From a virus: a DNA stretch of 64,000 nt. Location of the stretch: positions 32,001-96,000 of the IMG/VR virus record IMGVR_UViG_3300032893_000005. One strand, written 5' to 3'. A program made the translations under genes and the position numbers. Within the stretch, counting starts at the first letter, position 1; each line of letters opens with the position of its first letter. This document shows positions 38,678 to 48,414 of the stretch, in pieces. The notes under the pieces are model-generated. The model was not told the DNA's origin, did no database searches, and saw only the letters and a list, made by a program, of their open reading frames with translations.

Positions 38678-39501
38678 CGTACCCAGGCTTCTCGAAGAAG
38701 TTCGTCGATAGCTTGAAGAACACCGGCTTCGCGGTCGTAACTGGTCATGAGATAGACCCGAGACAGCTCTCAGATGCGTACAAGCTCTGGGGCAAGTTCT
38801 TCGACCAGCCGCTCAAGAAGAAGATGGCGCTCCTTTACTCGAAGGAGACCCATGGCGGCTACTTCCCGATGAAGTCGGAGAAGGCAAAGGATGCGAAGGT
38901 CGGTGACCTGAAGGAGTTCTACCACTGGTATGACCACTTGGAGCATGGCGAGGATGACCTTAACTGCTCAACCTGGTCACTCCGATACGACTTGCTCAGT
39001 CTTGCCACGAACCTCTTAAACAAGATCGAGGATGAGCTGCGCCTGCGCAACGTGAAGATGAACTCGACTGAGGATCTCAGCAACATGATCTACGGAAGCA
39101 GGCAGACTCTGTTCAGGATCATACACTATCCACCGATCAAGGATGTCGAAGTCGAAGAAGGCGCTACTCGCGCTGCGGCTCACGAAGACATCAACCTGCT
39201 TACACTGCTTCCTGCTGCGACAAACTCGGGCTTGCAGGTTAAGGATTCGATGGGCGTCTGGCACGACATCCACGCAAACCCGGACATGATCATCGTGAAC
39301 GTCGGTGACATGCTGCAAGAGGTTACCGGCGGTTACCTCAAGAGCACGACCCACCGCGTGGTGGTCGACGTCAACTCGACCGCCGAGAGCCGATACTCTA
39401 TGCCCCTGTTCTTACATCCGCGCCCGGAAGTTCGCCTGAGCGATCGCTACACGGCCAAGGAGTACTTGGCTGAGCGCCTTAAGCAGTTAGGACTCGCCTG
39501 A
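38653..39501 (+). CDS. 2-oxoglutarate/Fe(II) dioxygenase (IPNS/PcbC family)
   Basis: HEDINLLTLL, GLQV, NVGDML, STTHRV and RYS motifs. Confidence 0.93.
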   Translation: MDVEIASLTYPGFSKKFVDSLKNTGFAVVTGHEIDPRQLSDAYKLWGKFFDQPLKKKMALLYSKETHGGYFPMKSEKAKDAKVGDLKEFYHWYDHLEHGEDDLNCSTWSLRYDLLSLATNLLNKIEDELRLRNVKMNSTEDLSNMIYGSRQTLFRIIHYPPIKDVEVEEGATRAAAHEDINLLTLLPAATNSGLQVKDSMGVWHDIHANPDMIIVNVGDMLQEVTGGYLKSTTHRVVVDVNSTAESRYSMPLFLHPRPEVRLSDRYTAKEYLAERLKQLGLA

Positions 39502-40571
39502 TGCGTACGTTGATCAAGGTCAAGTTTGGCTCTCACCTATATGGTACCAGTACGCCGGAGTCCGACCTGGACTTCAAGTCTGTGTTTGTTCCATCAGGCC
39601 GCGACATCTTACTCGGCAGATACCCTAAGACCAGCATCAACGAGTCGACCAAGAAGGACAACGACGTCAAGAACACGTCTTCTGACGTCGACAGCGAGGA
39701 CTTCTCCCTGAACGGGTTCATCCGGCTCTTATCTGAAGGTCAGACGGCAGCCTTGGAGATCCTGTTTGCTCCTGACGACATGATCGTCGAGATGGACCGT
39801 GAGTGGGCACTCTTTCGCGACAACGCTCATAGGCTAGTCCACAAAGACGTGACCGCGTTCTTCGGGTATGCTCGCCAGCAGGCCGCGAAGTACGGCCTAA
39901 AGGGGTCCAGGATCAGCGCTATCCGTCGCGTGATGGAGTACCTTGACCAGTTCAGCGAAGATACTAAGCTGCAAGTACTGTACGACGCTGAGAGCGTAGT
40001 TCCACGGGACAAAGGCCTAAGGTCTTTCGTAGAGAAGAACTCAGACTTGAAGCTCGACGAGAGCGAACCGTTGATAAAGTTCACGACGAACAACTACGTT
40101 CGCAACGGTCAGCAGTGCGAAGAGACGTACTTCGAAGTTTGTAACCGCAAGATCCCGCTCCACAACAACGTCAAGCATACGAAGCAGGTCTTCCAGCGCG
40201 TCTGGGACGAATACGGCAAGCGTGCACGTCAGGCTGAGACCAACGAAGGAGTCGACTGGAAGGCCTTGTCACATGCCGTCCGTGTTGGGAAGCAAGCTTT
40301 AGAGCTTCTGACTACCGGTAGAATCACGTTACCACGCCCGGAAGCCGCAACTCTCCTTGCGATCAAGAAAGGTGAGCTTCCTTACAAGGAAGTTGCCAGC
40401 CTAATCGAAAGCTTGCTTGAGGAACTCAAGATCGTTCAGAAGGAGTCTACGCTTCCAGCCAAGTTTGACTCTGCGCTGGGCGAAGACCTTCTACTTCACT
40501 TCTACGAGATGGCCGTCTTGGACGCCGGTGAAGCCGACCAGCTTGCAAACATGAGGAACGTGTACCCGTGA
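39501..40571 (+). CDS. Pol-beta superfamily nucleotidyltransferase (RlaP-like)
   Basis: FGSHLYGTSTPESDLD; DWKALSHAVR...LLAIKKG. Confidence 0.85.
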   Translation: MRTLIKVKFGSHLYGTSTPESDLDFKSVFVPSGRDILLGRYPKTSINESTKKDNDVKNTSSDVDSEDFSLNGFIRLLSEGQTAALEILFAPDDMIVEMDREWALFRDNAHRLVHKDVTAFFGYARQQAAKYGLKGSRISAIRRVMEYLDQFSEDTKLQVLYDAESVVPRDKGLRSFVEKNSDLKLDESEPLIKFTTNNYVRNGQQCEETYFEVCNRKIPLHNNVKHTKQVFQRVWDEYGKRARQAETNEGVDWKALSHAVRVGKQALELLTTGRITLPRPEAATLLAIKKGELPYKEVASLIESLLEELKIVQKESTLPAKFDSALGEDLLLHFYEMAVLDAGEADQLANMRNVYP

Positions 40572-40723
40572 CCAAAGACGACGTCCGTTTTCTAATCTTG
40601 ATGATGGCGCTCGCGTTTGCGATCATGATGGTCGCTTGCACCAAGAAGACGACTAAGGTCGATGACTTTGGCATGTGCATGATCCCGCACACAGACGTGA
40701 AGCCGCCTGAGGAGATGATGTGA
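40568..40723 (+). CDS. small lipoprotein
   Basis: Manual translation; hydrophobic leader ending MVAC. Confidence 0.5.
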   Translation: MTKDDVRFLILMMALAFAIMMVACTKKTTKVDDFGMCMIPHTDVKPPEEMM

Positions 40724-41313
40724 AGTACGTGATTTTTCTTGATATTGATGGTGTCCTTAACAGTCGCGGGTACTTCTACACCGACCTCAAGTACCGCGAG
40801 TACGAGAAGGCGATGCCGGACATGGCGCACCGCGTTGACACCAAGCGGTTCATGCGACTTAACCTGGACCCGTCTGCCGTCAGGAACCTAAGGTTCCTCC
40901 TTGAGAAGTTACCAGAAGACAAGGAGATCTGGATCTCCTCTAGCTGGGGAATGGCGTTCTCTCTGGCCGAGATCAAGTCTGCCTTGAAAGTTCGCGGCCT
41001 CGGAGAGTTCGTCAAGTACGTGAGAGACGTTACCCCGCGCAAGATGTCATCGTGGAGGTGTAACGAGATCGGGTGGGCTCTGGAAGAGGTCGCCGAGACG
41101 TACAAGGGACCTGTACGGTGGGTATCGATCGACGATAACCCGCCGCTCCCGCAGAACTACCTTGAAACCGTCATCTACCGCAACAAGATGTTCAAGGTCG
41201 AGTACAACCCCGAGTTCACGACTAGCAAGCAGAACGGCTTGACCTATACTGATACGCTCGATATACTGACCATGCTTGTTCCAGGATTCAAACCTAAGAT
41301 GGAGCCGTTATGA
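40720..41313 (+). CDS. HAD domain protein (Swiss-army-knife RNA-repair-like)
   Basis: FLDIDGVLN, ISSSW, R..EI, SIDD and GLT. Confidence 0.8.
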   Translation: MKYVIFLDIDGVLNSRGYFYTDLKYREYEKAMPDMAHRVDTKRFMRLNLDPSAVRNLRFLLEKLPEDKEIWISSSWGMAFSLAEIKSALKVRGLGEFVKYVRDVTPRKMSSWRCNEIGWALEEVAETYKGPVRWVSIDDNPPLPQNYLETVIYRNKMFKVEYNPEFTTSKQNGLTYTDTLDILTMLVPGFKPKMEPL

Positions 41314-41564
41314 AGTACATCACTGCCTCAGAGCTTAACAAGGTTGAGCAGAAGCTGATCGATGACCCAGTAGAAGCGCTTGCCGTCGTTCGCATGGCGA
41401 AGGTCCGCTTCGGGTTCTGCAACACGTTCCTCGACTTCACGAGCGAGAAGATCGCGACTACTTCGTTTGACTTCCTGAAGTCCCTCGGCTTCAAGGTTCG
41501 CTACTACGCCGAAGGCGGTAAGAAGGCGTACCGGGCAACAAAGACGTTAGAAGTTCAGTGGTAA
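41310..41564 (+). CDS. small hypothetical protein (L..LGF.V...W family)
   Basis: Translationally coupled ORF. Confidence 0.6.
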   Translation: MKYITASELNKVEQKLIDDPVEALAVVRMAKVRFGFCNTFLDFTSEKIATTSFDFLKSLGFKVRYYAEGGKKAYRATKTLEVQW

Positions 41565-41574
41565 GGAGAATCAT

Positions 41575-41847
41575 ATGAAGCGCGGTTACGAGATTGGATC
41601 TGGCCGGGTGATCTACCAGATTACTCGCACGAAGACTGAAGACGGTAAGCTCATCATCACTGAGATGCCTGTGTTTCGCGGCAGCCCCGAGAAGCAGGCA
41701 CGCGGCATGATGAAGGCTCATACGCCCGCCGGTGCGCTGGCGATCGTCGACAAGCTCTTGTCGAAGGACACGTTCTGGCTCAACGTCCGAAACTACATCA
41801 TGAACCGAATCAAGGAAGCTGGCGAGAAGAAGGTATCGAATAAATGA
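41575..41847 (+). CDS. hypothetical protein
   Basis: AAGGAG RBS. Confidence 0.6.
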   Translation: MKRGYEIGSGRVIYQITRTKTEDGKLIITEMPVFRGSPEKQARGMMKAHTPAGALAIVDKLLSKDTFWLNVRNYIMNRIKEAGEKKVSNK

Positions 41848-42587
41848 AGAAGTGGAGAAAGTGGACTTCAGAAGAAGTTTCTTTCTTAACTGAAAATTAT
41901 GGTAAGGTGACGACTCAAAGCATAGCATCTGCTCTTGGCAGATGCTGGAGTTCAACTTATGCCAAAGCCGTACTTCTTAAACTTACTAAGCCTAAAGCTC
42001 CTGTTCAGATAGGAGAAAAATTAGGTAGACTTCTTGTCTTGAAAGTTTCTGATAAAAAATCTACGTCTCATGCCTTATTTTTCACTTGTCAGTGTGATTG
42101 CGGGTCTATTGTTGATGTAAGGGCGGCGCAATTAAGGAACGGACGCACAAAATCTTGCGGTTGTTACACTGTCGAACAAACCCAAAGGGCGCTTAGGATG
42201 GCTCCAGGGCAGACTTCATATAGAAGCCTGGAGCGAAGAACTAAAGTGTCTGCACGAAAGAGGAACCTGGAATATAATTTAACTACAGAACAGTTCATGA
42301 GTTTGGTCTGCTTGAGCTGTCACTGGTGCGGTCAAGAACCGGCCCCGTACAATGTATATATGAAGCACGATGGCACCTTCAGGCCAACGAATAGTGTCAC
42401 TATTGGATGGGCTCGACAGCAAACAGTATTTGTGAACGGAATAGACAGAATAGACAGTAGCGTCGGATATACGATAGAAAACTGCGTACCGTGCTGTTCC
42501 ATGTGCAATTTAATGAAACTAGATTATAGCCCAGAGCAATTTTTGAATCAAGTTAAGAAGATCGCTGAACATAAAGGCATTGTATGA
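41844..42587 (+). mobile_element. HNH homing endonuclease
   Basis: CQCDCG..TKSCGC; CHWC; GIDRIDSSVGYTIENCVPCCSMCN; AT-rich. Confidence 0.88.
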
Positions 42588-43141
42588 CCCATGTTATGAT
42601 AGACCTAGAAACATTCGGTAACTCGCCCGGCTGCGCCTTCGCCTCCCTTGGAGCCATAGAGTTTGACCCAGAGACCCGCAAGAAGGGGCGATCGCTGTAC
42701 CTCGTCATCAACAAGGCGAGCTGCGTCGCCAAGGGCCTCACTCTTGACCAAGACACAATCAACTGGTGGGCTACTCAGCCCGAGGAAGCCCGGTCTGTGC
42801 TTGCCAAGTCTGAGTCTGAGAAGGTCGGAGAAGACAACGTCACCCTAGAAGGCGCACTGATAGCTCTCACTTACTTCCTCAAGGAGTGTGGGGATAACGT
42901 GAAGGTGTTTAGCTGCGGGGCAGACTTCGATTTACCCCTCATGGTGTACGCCTTCAAAGCCTGCGGCCTAGAAGTGCCGTGGAAGTTCTGGAACAGCCGC
43001 TGCTTTCGTACCTGGAAGAGCCTGGCCCCATGGGTGAAGGCACCCGCCGGTGCCGTCGCACATAACGCCTTGCAAGACGCATCAGACCAAGTCGATCACC
43101 TCTTTGCCATTGCAACTAACCTGAGACTTAAGATAAGATAG
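42584..43141 (+). CDS. DEDDh 3'-5' exonuclease (RNase AS/ExoVIII-like)
   Basis: MIDLET, GADFD and HNALQDA. Confidence 0.88.
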   Translation: MTHVMIDLETFGNSPGCAFASLGAIEFDPETRKKGRSLYLVINKASCVAKGLTLDQDTINWWATQPEEARSVLAKSESEKVGEDNVTLEGALIALTYFLKECGDNVKVFSCGADFDLPLMVYAFKACGLEVPWKFWNSRCFRTWKSLAPWVKAPAGAVAHNALQDASDQVDHLFAIATNLRLKIR

Positions 43142-43164
43142 TGTGTCAAACCTTGGAGGGTTTA

Positions 43165-43482
43165 ATGAAGCTCAAGGCTGGTGATCGAGTATACTACGCT
43201 CGCAGGAGCTGGAGAGACCCCGAGCCCTCTACGGTCGTCAAGGCTACTGACAAACAGGTAGTCATCCAAGAGGACCCTGCACCGGATGATAGCTATCAGG
43301 GGACCAAGTGGACTATCAGGGGTAATGAGATAGATCATATATTCCACACGCTGCCTGAAGCATTCGAGCATCTTGCTCAGCAGGAAGACGCAGAAGCCGC
43401 GCGTGCCGAAGAGCGGGCCGCAGAGCACCGCAACAACGCGGCAGAGTTCAGGAGGAAAGCCCGTGAGCCGAAGACAAACTAA
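43165..43482 (+). CDS. hypothetical protein (SH3-like beta barrel plus helix)
   Basis: LKAGDRVY; GGAGG RBS. Confidence 0.55.
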   Translation: MKLKAGDRVYYARRSWRDPEPSTVVKATDKQVVIQEDPAPDDSYQGTKWTIRGNEIDHIFHTLPEAFEHLAQQEDAEAARAEERAAEHRNNAAEFRRKAREPKTN

Positions 43483-43660
43483 CGTCTGGGACTTCTTGAC
43501 TAAGCTCTTGGATGCGATCACGACTGCTGGCGGAGCTATCCTGGGTACCATTGCCATGTTCTTAGTTGTCCTACTGTTCACACCGATCGGATGGATGGGC
43601 ATCATGATCATGGGCGTCCTGTACATGTTGTTCACGGGTGATCGTGGAACGTATCCATGA
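43463..43660 (+). CDS. small membrane protein
   Basis: Two TM segments; GGAGG RBS. Confidence 0.6.
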   Translation: MSRRQTNVWDFLTKLLDAITTAGGAILGTIAMFLVVLLFTPIGWMGIMIMGVLYMLFTGDRGTYP

Positions 43661-44220
43661 GCAAAGATCTACTGGACAAGCTCCAGGAAGTCATGGAAGA
43701 GCTGTTCGTTCTCTGCGTCCAGTCGGGCGTCAGCGCTCCCGATCCAGTGCTTTACATGCCACGCCGGACAGTAGCGGAGCTGTACAAGTCAAGGCAGAGT
43801 AAGCAGAGCAGCATGCGACAGTTCGAGATGTTCAGCCAGCAGCCCATAGGAGATAGGGATACCCACTTCGACATGGAACTGAACTACGGCAGCCTTGGAT
43901 CTTGCAAGCTACGCATGTTGGAAGAGTGGAACTCGATCAAGCGCAATGATGCATGGGACCTCTTGGCCGTAACAAGCCAGTCCGTATCCTTTCTCCTATC
44001 GATGAAGGAGGCTATGAGGGCTCCTGCTGGCTTGCAAAGGATGGTTAACCCCGCTATCATAGACTACAAGGTTGAAGAGATCGTAAAGCAGTTTAAACGA
44101 ATCAAAGAAAGTATGGCAAATGATGAACAAGCTTATCCTGGTATTCAGCAGTATCCTGATTTCAGCAATGGCATCGGCGAAGGTGGTAGAGCTTTCGACC
44201 CCGGAGCAGCTCAAGACTGA
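43657..44220 (+). CDS. hypothetical protein; N-half resembles an HK97-fold capsid A-domain segment
   Basis: Helix-PDPVLYMPRRTVAEL-...-YGSLG pattern. Confidence 0.4.
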   Translation: MSKDLLDKLQEVMEELFVLCVQSGVSAPDPVLYMPRRTVAELYKSRQSKQSSMRQFEMFSQQPIGDRDTHFDMELNYGSLGSCKLRMLEEWNSIKRNDAWDLLAVTSQSVSFLLSMKEAMRAPAGLQRMVNPAIIDYKVEEIVKQFKRIKESMANDEQAYPGIQQYPDFSNGIGEGGRAFDPGAAQD

Positions 44221-44527
44221 GCTTGCGAAGCCTGGACCTGGCATCGTCCTCCTCTACTCCGCACCGTGGTGTCCCGGATGTCAGTTGTTTCATCCGGTCT
44301 ACGAGAAGTTGTCTGAGAAGATGAAGCCGATCCGCTTCTACGACATCAACATAGACGTAACTGCTCCACTCAAGGAGCATGAAGGTATGGTGCCTTACAT
44401 CCCGACCGCCTTCGTCGGCCACAGCGAAGATCAGCTCCGCAACAGACCGTGCAGGATCTTGAACGATGACCGAGACTTCGACACTGTGAGAGAAGAGATC
44501 GAAGAGTGTCTGAGAAGTACTAAGTAG
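44120..44527 (+). CDS. exported thioredoxin
   Basis: Signal peptide; APWCPGC; IPT cis-Pro motif. Confidence 0.85.
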   Translation: MMNKLILVFSSILISAMASAKVVELSTPEQLKTELAKPGPGIVLLYSAPWCPGCQLFHPVYEKLSEKMKPIRFYDINIDVTAPLKEHEGMVPYIPTAFVGHSEDQLRNRPCRILNDDRDFDTVREEIEECLRSTK

Positions 44528-44535
44528 GAGGAGAC

Positions 44536-44826
44536 ATGGAAGCAGGAAAGATGGTTGGTTACAAGTTCTCGTTCGGCACTAAGAACGGCGTAATCACCAC
44601 GTCGGTAGACGAGCTTCGCAAGACTCTGTCGCAGTCACCGTACTTCGACAGCGTGGCCATGCGCCCAAACGCGTACGTGGGTGGGTACGACTCGCTGGAA
44701 GTCACCATGACCACGACGCATAACTCTCTCATCGAAGTCATCAACCTGCTCGACGAAGTCAAGGCGATGCTGTCCCTGGCCGACAAGGACTTACTGAGCT
44801 ACTCTGCCTTCATAATGGAGGAGTGA
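44536..44826 (+). CDS. hypothetical protein
   Basis: AGGAGG RBS. Confidence 0.6.
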   Translation: MEAGKMVGYKFSFGTKNGVITTSVDELRKTLSQSPYFDSVAMRPNAYVGGYDSLEVTMTTTHNSLIEVINLLDEVKAMLSLADKDLLSYSAFIMEE

Positions 44827-45248
44827 TGCCTAACTCGATCACCGTTCATACTTCTAAAAGCCCTATCGACCCCTTAGCAGATGGAGTGAAGCTAGACGTC
44901 CTGGTCGCGACACACTTCATGGGCGAAGAAGTCTACGAGGAGCGCTGGGGAAAGCAGAAGCAGTACGGCGCCTTCAGCCTGGGGAAGCCTGACTACTACG
45001 ACAGCGCTGGCGAGATGATCCTGTTCAACCCGCTCCCCTCGTACTCGTACGACATGGCCGATGCGTGGAAGGTCGTCGAGAAGCTGCACGAAGTATCTGG
45101 CGTCTGCGGGTTCACTCTTATGTTCGACGACGACCAGTGGATCTGTAAGCTGGGATGGTCCAACGAAGGCGAAGCGTGTAACGGCATGGGAGTTGCCGAC
45201 ACTGCTCCACTGGCGATCTGCAGAGCAGCACTAGACGCGGTGAAGTGA
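44823..45248 (+). CDS. phage ABA-sandwich (BC1872-like) domain protein
   Basis: LDVLVA..., YSYDMADAWKVVEKL and TAPLAICRAAL. Confidence 0.75.
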   Translation: MMPNSITVHTSKSPIDPLADGVKLDVLVATHFMGEEVYEERWGKQKQYGAFSLGKPDYYDSAGEMILFNPLPSYSYDMADAWKVVEKLHEVSGVCGFTLMFDDDQWICKLGWSNEGEACNGMGVADTAPLAICRAALDAVK

Positions 45249-47329
45249 TGAAGAGGCTTGAGGGCGAGGTCAGGATAGAGGATGGACGCCTCTTGGTTGA
45301 CGCAGAGCCCCACGTCATGTCCAGACTTCGGCCAATCTTCGACAACGCGACCAACTGGTCCAACCGGGGCAAGTACACCCATCGTCCGATCACGTTCCCG
45401 TTCAACATGACTTCGGCCAAGGACATCCTCTGGATCATGCAGAGGTACAACCTGGCCTGCGATCCCCTGACAGCAAGCAAGATCCAAGAGAAGTCTGACG
45501 AGTATGACCGAGTACTCGAGTCTGTGGTCAACGCGGACAAGGATACGACGTACCGCGTTAGTCCAGAAGCCCTTCAGCTCGCTTTAAGCCTCAGAACCCA
45601 CCAAGTTACCTTCAAGAACGCCATCTGGCAGCTCAAGCGCATGCTCCTGTCCGACAAGATGGGCCTCGGGAAAACCCCGTCCGGCATCTCGATGCTTCAG
45701 GAGCCTGAGTCGCGCCCGGCGCTGATCGTGGTACCGCCGCACCTGTGCTCTCAGTGGGAGCGCGAGGTAAATCGGTTCCTACCCGGCGCCAGCACACACG
45801 TCATACGAGGCTTCAAGAACTACGAGCTGCCCCAAGTCGACGTCTTGATCACAGGATACAACCGGCTCCAGCCGTGGCAGGACACACTCCTGGCCGACAA
45901 GAGTCACTTCAAGACCCTGATAGGCGACGAGATCCAGGAACTGAGGCACACCGGCACCGGAAAGCGCGAGATCTTTCGCATCTTGTCAGAGCGCGTCAAG
46001 TTCTGCGCGGGTCTGAGCGGTACGCCGATCTACAACCACGGTGACGAGATCTGGAGTGTCCTGGACGCCATATCCCCTGAGTGCCTAGGAAGCCGCGACG
46101 AGTTCGTGGAAGAGTGGTGCGGCTGGTCCGGCGTAGTCCGGGAGCCTAGCGTCCTCAACCACTACCTGAAGACACGCGGTCTGATGATGCGGAGGACCCC
46201 GGAAGAAGTTGGGCTCCACTTCGGAGAAGCCTCGAAGCACGTCTACACGCTCGACGCCGACATGAAGCAGCTCGAAGCCGTCCAGAACGTCATGAAGATG
46301 CTGGCCTTGAGCGTGCTGAATGGCAACGTGAACGAGCAGAGCGAGTCTTCCCGCGAGTTCGACTGGAAGCTCCGTCACGCCACTGGAGTGGCTAAGGCTA
46401 GGCCTGTGGCCGAGTTCGTAAAGATGATCTGCGACCAGGGCGACAAGGTTCTCCTGGCCGGTTGGCACCGCGACGTCTACGACATCTGGATGAAGGAGCT
46501 GAAGGCCTACAATCCCGTCATGTACACCGGCACCGAGTCTCCCAAGGAGAAGGACAAGGCCGTCAAGGAGTTCGTCGAGGGGAATGCGAAGGTGTTCATC
46601 ATCAGTCTCAGGTCTGGATCTGGCCTCGATGGGCTTCAGAGAGCCTGCGCGACCGCTGTGTTCGGCGAGCTTGACTGGAGCCCACACGTAATGGATCAAG
46701 TCGTAGCCCGCCTTGACCGCGACGGCCAGACGAAGCACGTCCAGGCGTTCTACCTGACGATCGCCGACGGAGCCGACCCGTTCATGATCGAACTCGTAGC
46801 GAAGAAGCGTGACCAGCACGATGGCGTAGTGGAAGGCAAAGACAGCGCCGGTGAGATCTTGGCGTTCGACAGCGGCGGCAAGGAGCGAATCCGAGAGCTT
46901 GCGAAGTCGTACCTCAAGTCGATCGGCGAAGAGGCAGTAGAAGCTATCCAGGAAGTTGGCCTTCAGGCCGACGTAGCCAATGCCCTGAGGTCAGTCCGAG
47001 TCCCGGTAAACACCGAGGAAGAGATGCAGGCTGCACTCCACGACGTTCTTCCTAAGGTTCTGCCGCAAGACGTCAAGATCGAGCGCGAGGTCAAGATCTC
47101 GAAGCGAAGCCGCCTAGACTTCATGGTCACTCGCGGCGAAGAGCGCGTCGCTATCGAGTGTAAGATCGCATCGACCAAGCGGGCCGAGGTCTACCGGCAA
47201 GTTCGCAAGTACGTGGAAGAAGGCAAGGTCACGTCCGTGGTCTTGTTCGCGCCTTGGTTCGGGATACCAACTTTTAAGGTTGACGAGGTGGTCGTGACTG
47301 TGGTTGACACAGCGGCGGCGTCGCTGTAA
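45245..47329 (+). CDS. SNF2-family helicase fused to a C-terminal PD-(D/E)XK nuclease-like domain
   Basis: DKMGLGKT, DEIQ, SGTP, GLDGLQ and QVVARLDRDGQ; C-terminal E..RLDF..IECK..QVRKY. Confidence 0.88.
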   Translation: MMKRLEGEVRIEDGRLLVDAEPHVMSRLRPIFDNATNWSNRGKYTHRPITFPFNMTSAKDILWIMQRYNLACDPLTASKIQEKSDEYDRVLESVVNADKDTTYRVSPEALQLALSLRTHQVTFKNAIWQLKRMLLSDKMGLGKTPSGISMLQEPESRPALIVVPPHLCSQWEREVNRFLPGASTHVIRGFKNYELPQVDVLITGYNRLQPWQDTLLADKSHFKTLIGDEIQELRHTGTGKREIFRILSERVKFCAGLSGTPIYNHGDEIWSVLDAISPECLGSRDEFVEEWCGWSGVVREPSVLNHYLKTRGLMMRRTPEEVGLHFGEASKHVYTLDADMKQLEAVQNVMKMLALSVLNGNVNEQSESSREFDWKLRHATGVAKARPVAEFVKMICDQGDKVLLAGWHRDVYDIWMKELKAYNPVMYTGTESPKEKDKAVKEFVEGNAKVFIISLRSGSGLDGLQRACATAVFGELDWSPHVMDQVVARLDRDGQTKHVQAFYLTIADGADPFMIELVAKKRDQHDGVVEGKDSAGEILAFDSGGKERIRELAKSYLKSIGEEAVEAIQEVGLQADVANALRSVRVPVNTEEEMQAALHDVLPKVLPQDVKIEREVKISKRSRLDFMVTRGEERVAIECKIASTKRAEVYRQVRKYVEEGKVTSVVLFAPWFGIPTFKVDEVVVTVVDTAAASL

Positions 47330-47338
47330 AATCTTCTC

Positions 47339-47827
47339 ATGTATTGGCAAACTCACGGTCACTGTAAAAACTATCACCGCTCAAGAACGTACAACGTCTG
47401 GCACAAGATGCGCCAGCGGTGCTTCAATCCCAAAGATCCCAAGTATCCTAACTATGGCGGCAGAGGTATAACTATTGACCCAAGATGGATGGTATTTGAA
47501 ACTTTCTTAGAAGATATGGGAGTGTGCCCCGACAAACACTCTATAGATCGTATCGATAATAATGCCAACTACTGTAAGGCAAACTGCAAGTGGTCCACTA
47601 ACAAAGAACAGTGCAATAATAGAAGATCTTGTAGATACCTAGAGTTCAACGGTAAGAAGATGACTCACCAACAATGGGCAGAATCTTTAGGTTTTAAGGA
47701 AGGATCTGCCATCGCGTTTAGGTTAAAATCTGGATGGACTATAGAAGAAGCACTCACAACTCGCAAAGGCCAATCGAGAACGTCTCGTTCTGAGACTTGC
47801 GTTGACACAATGTCACAGGCCCTGTAA
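47339..47827 (+). mobile_element. HNH-like homing endonuclease
   Basis: MRQRCFNP..YGGRGI..SIDRIDNNANYCKANCKW; AT-rich. Confidence 0.85.
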
Positions 47828-47830
47828 TCT
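47802..47830 (+). promoter_or_regulatory. sigma70-like promoter opening the small-ORF region
   Basis: TTGACA-17 nt-TAATCT. Confidence 0.55.
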
Positions 47831-47858
47831 AACCTTGAAACTTTCTTGGAGGGAAGGC

Positions 47859-48161
47859 ATGAAGAAGGGGCAAGGTAACGACTTAGTCGGATGGACGGCC
47901 CGTGCGCTGCAAGACGTCAAGACGCACAACGGGTTCACGATCGTCAAAGACTCTAAGGTGAAGGTCGTAGACTATCTACACCTCGACAAGCACTACTGTG
48001 TCACCTTGATCGACTCGATCTGGGCGTCGTCGCTCATAGTGAGCGAGAACGACATGATGCTCTGCTTCGACTTTATCTCGTCCGGCCAGCCCGAACGAGT
48101 TCCTGTTCCAAAGTCACTAGCGAAGTGGTATAACGAAACCAAGAAGTACACGGGGTATTAA
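47859..48161 (+). CDS. hypothetical protein
   Basis: GGAGG RBS. Confidence 0.55.
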   Translation: MKKGQGNDLVGWTARALQDVKTHNGFTIVKDSKVKVVDYLHLDKHYCVTLIDSIWASSLIVSENDMMLCFDFISSGQPERVPVPKSLAKWYNETKKYTGY

Positions 48162-48162
48162 G

Positions 48163-48414
48163 ATGAAGAAACCGCAGCTATGGTTAGAAGAACAGCGATG
48201 GGGCGAGAAGGATGGTGTCCATACCATGCTGCGCATCTTTTATCCTGACGGATCGTCCGAGTACCTGAACTTAAACAAGTACTATGATAACGGCAACGTG
48301 CTATTCAACACAACTGGTGACTGGGAGCGGTCCCACGGTAACGACTGGAGCCCCGATGACTACGATGGTCAGTACGGCAACGATACTGAAGCACACTTCC
48401 TGGGGTACCTGTGA
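48163..48414 (+). CDS. hypothetical protein
   Basis: Collinear ORF. Confidence 0.55.
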   Translation: MKKPQLWLEEQRWGEKDGVHTMLRIFYPDGSSEYLNLNKYYDNGNVLFNTTGDWERSHGNDWSPDDYDGQYGNDTEAHFLGYL

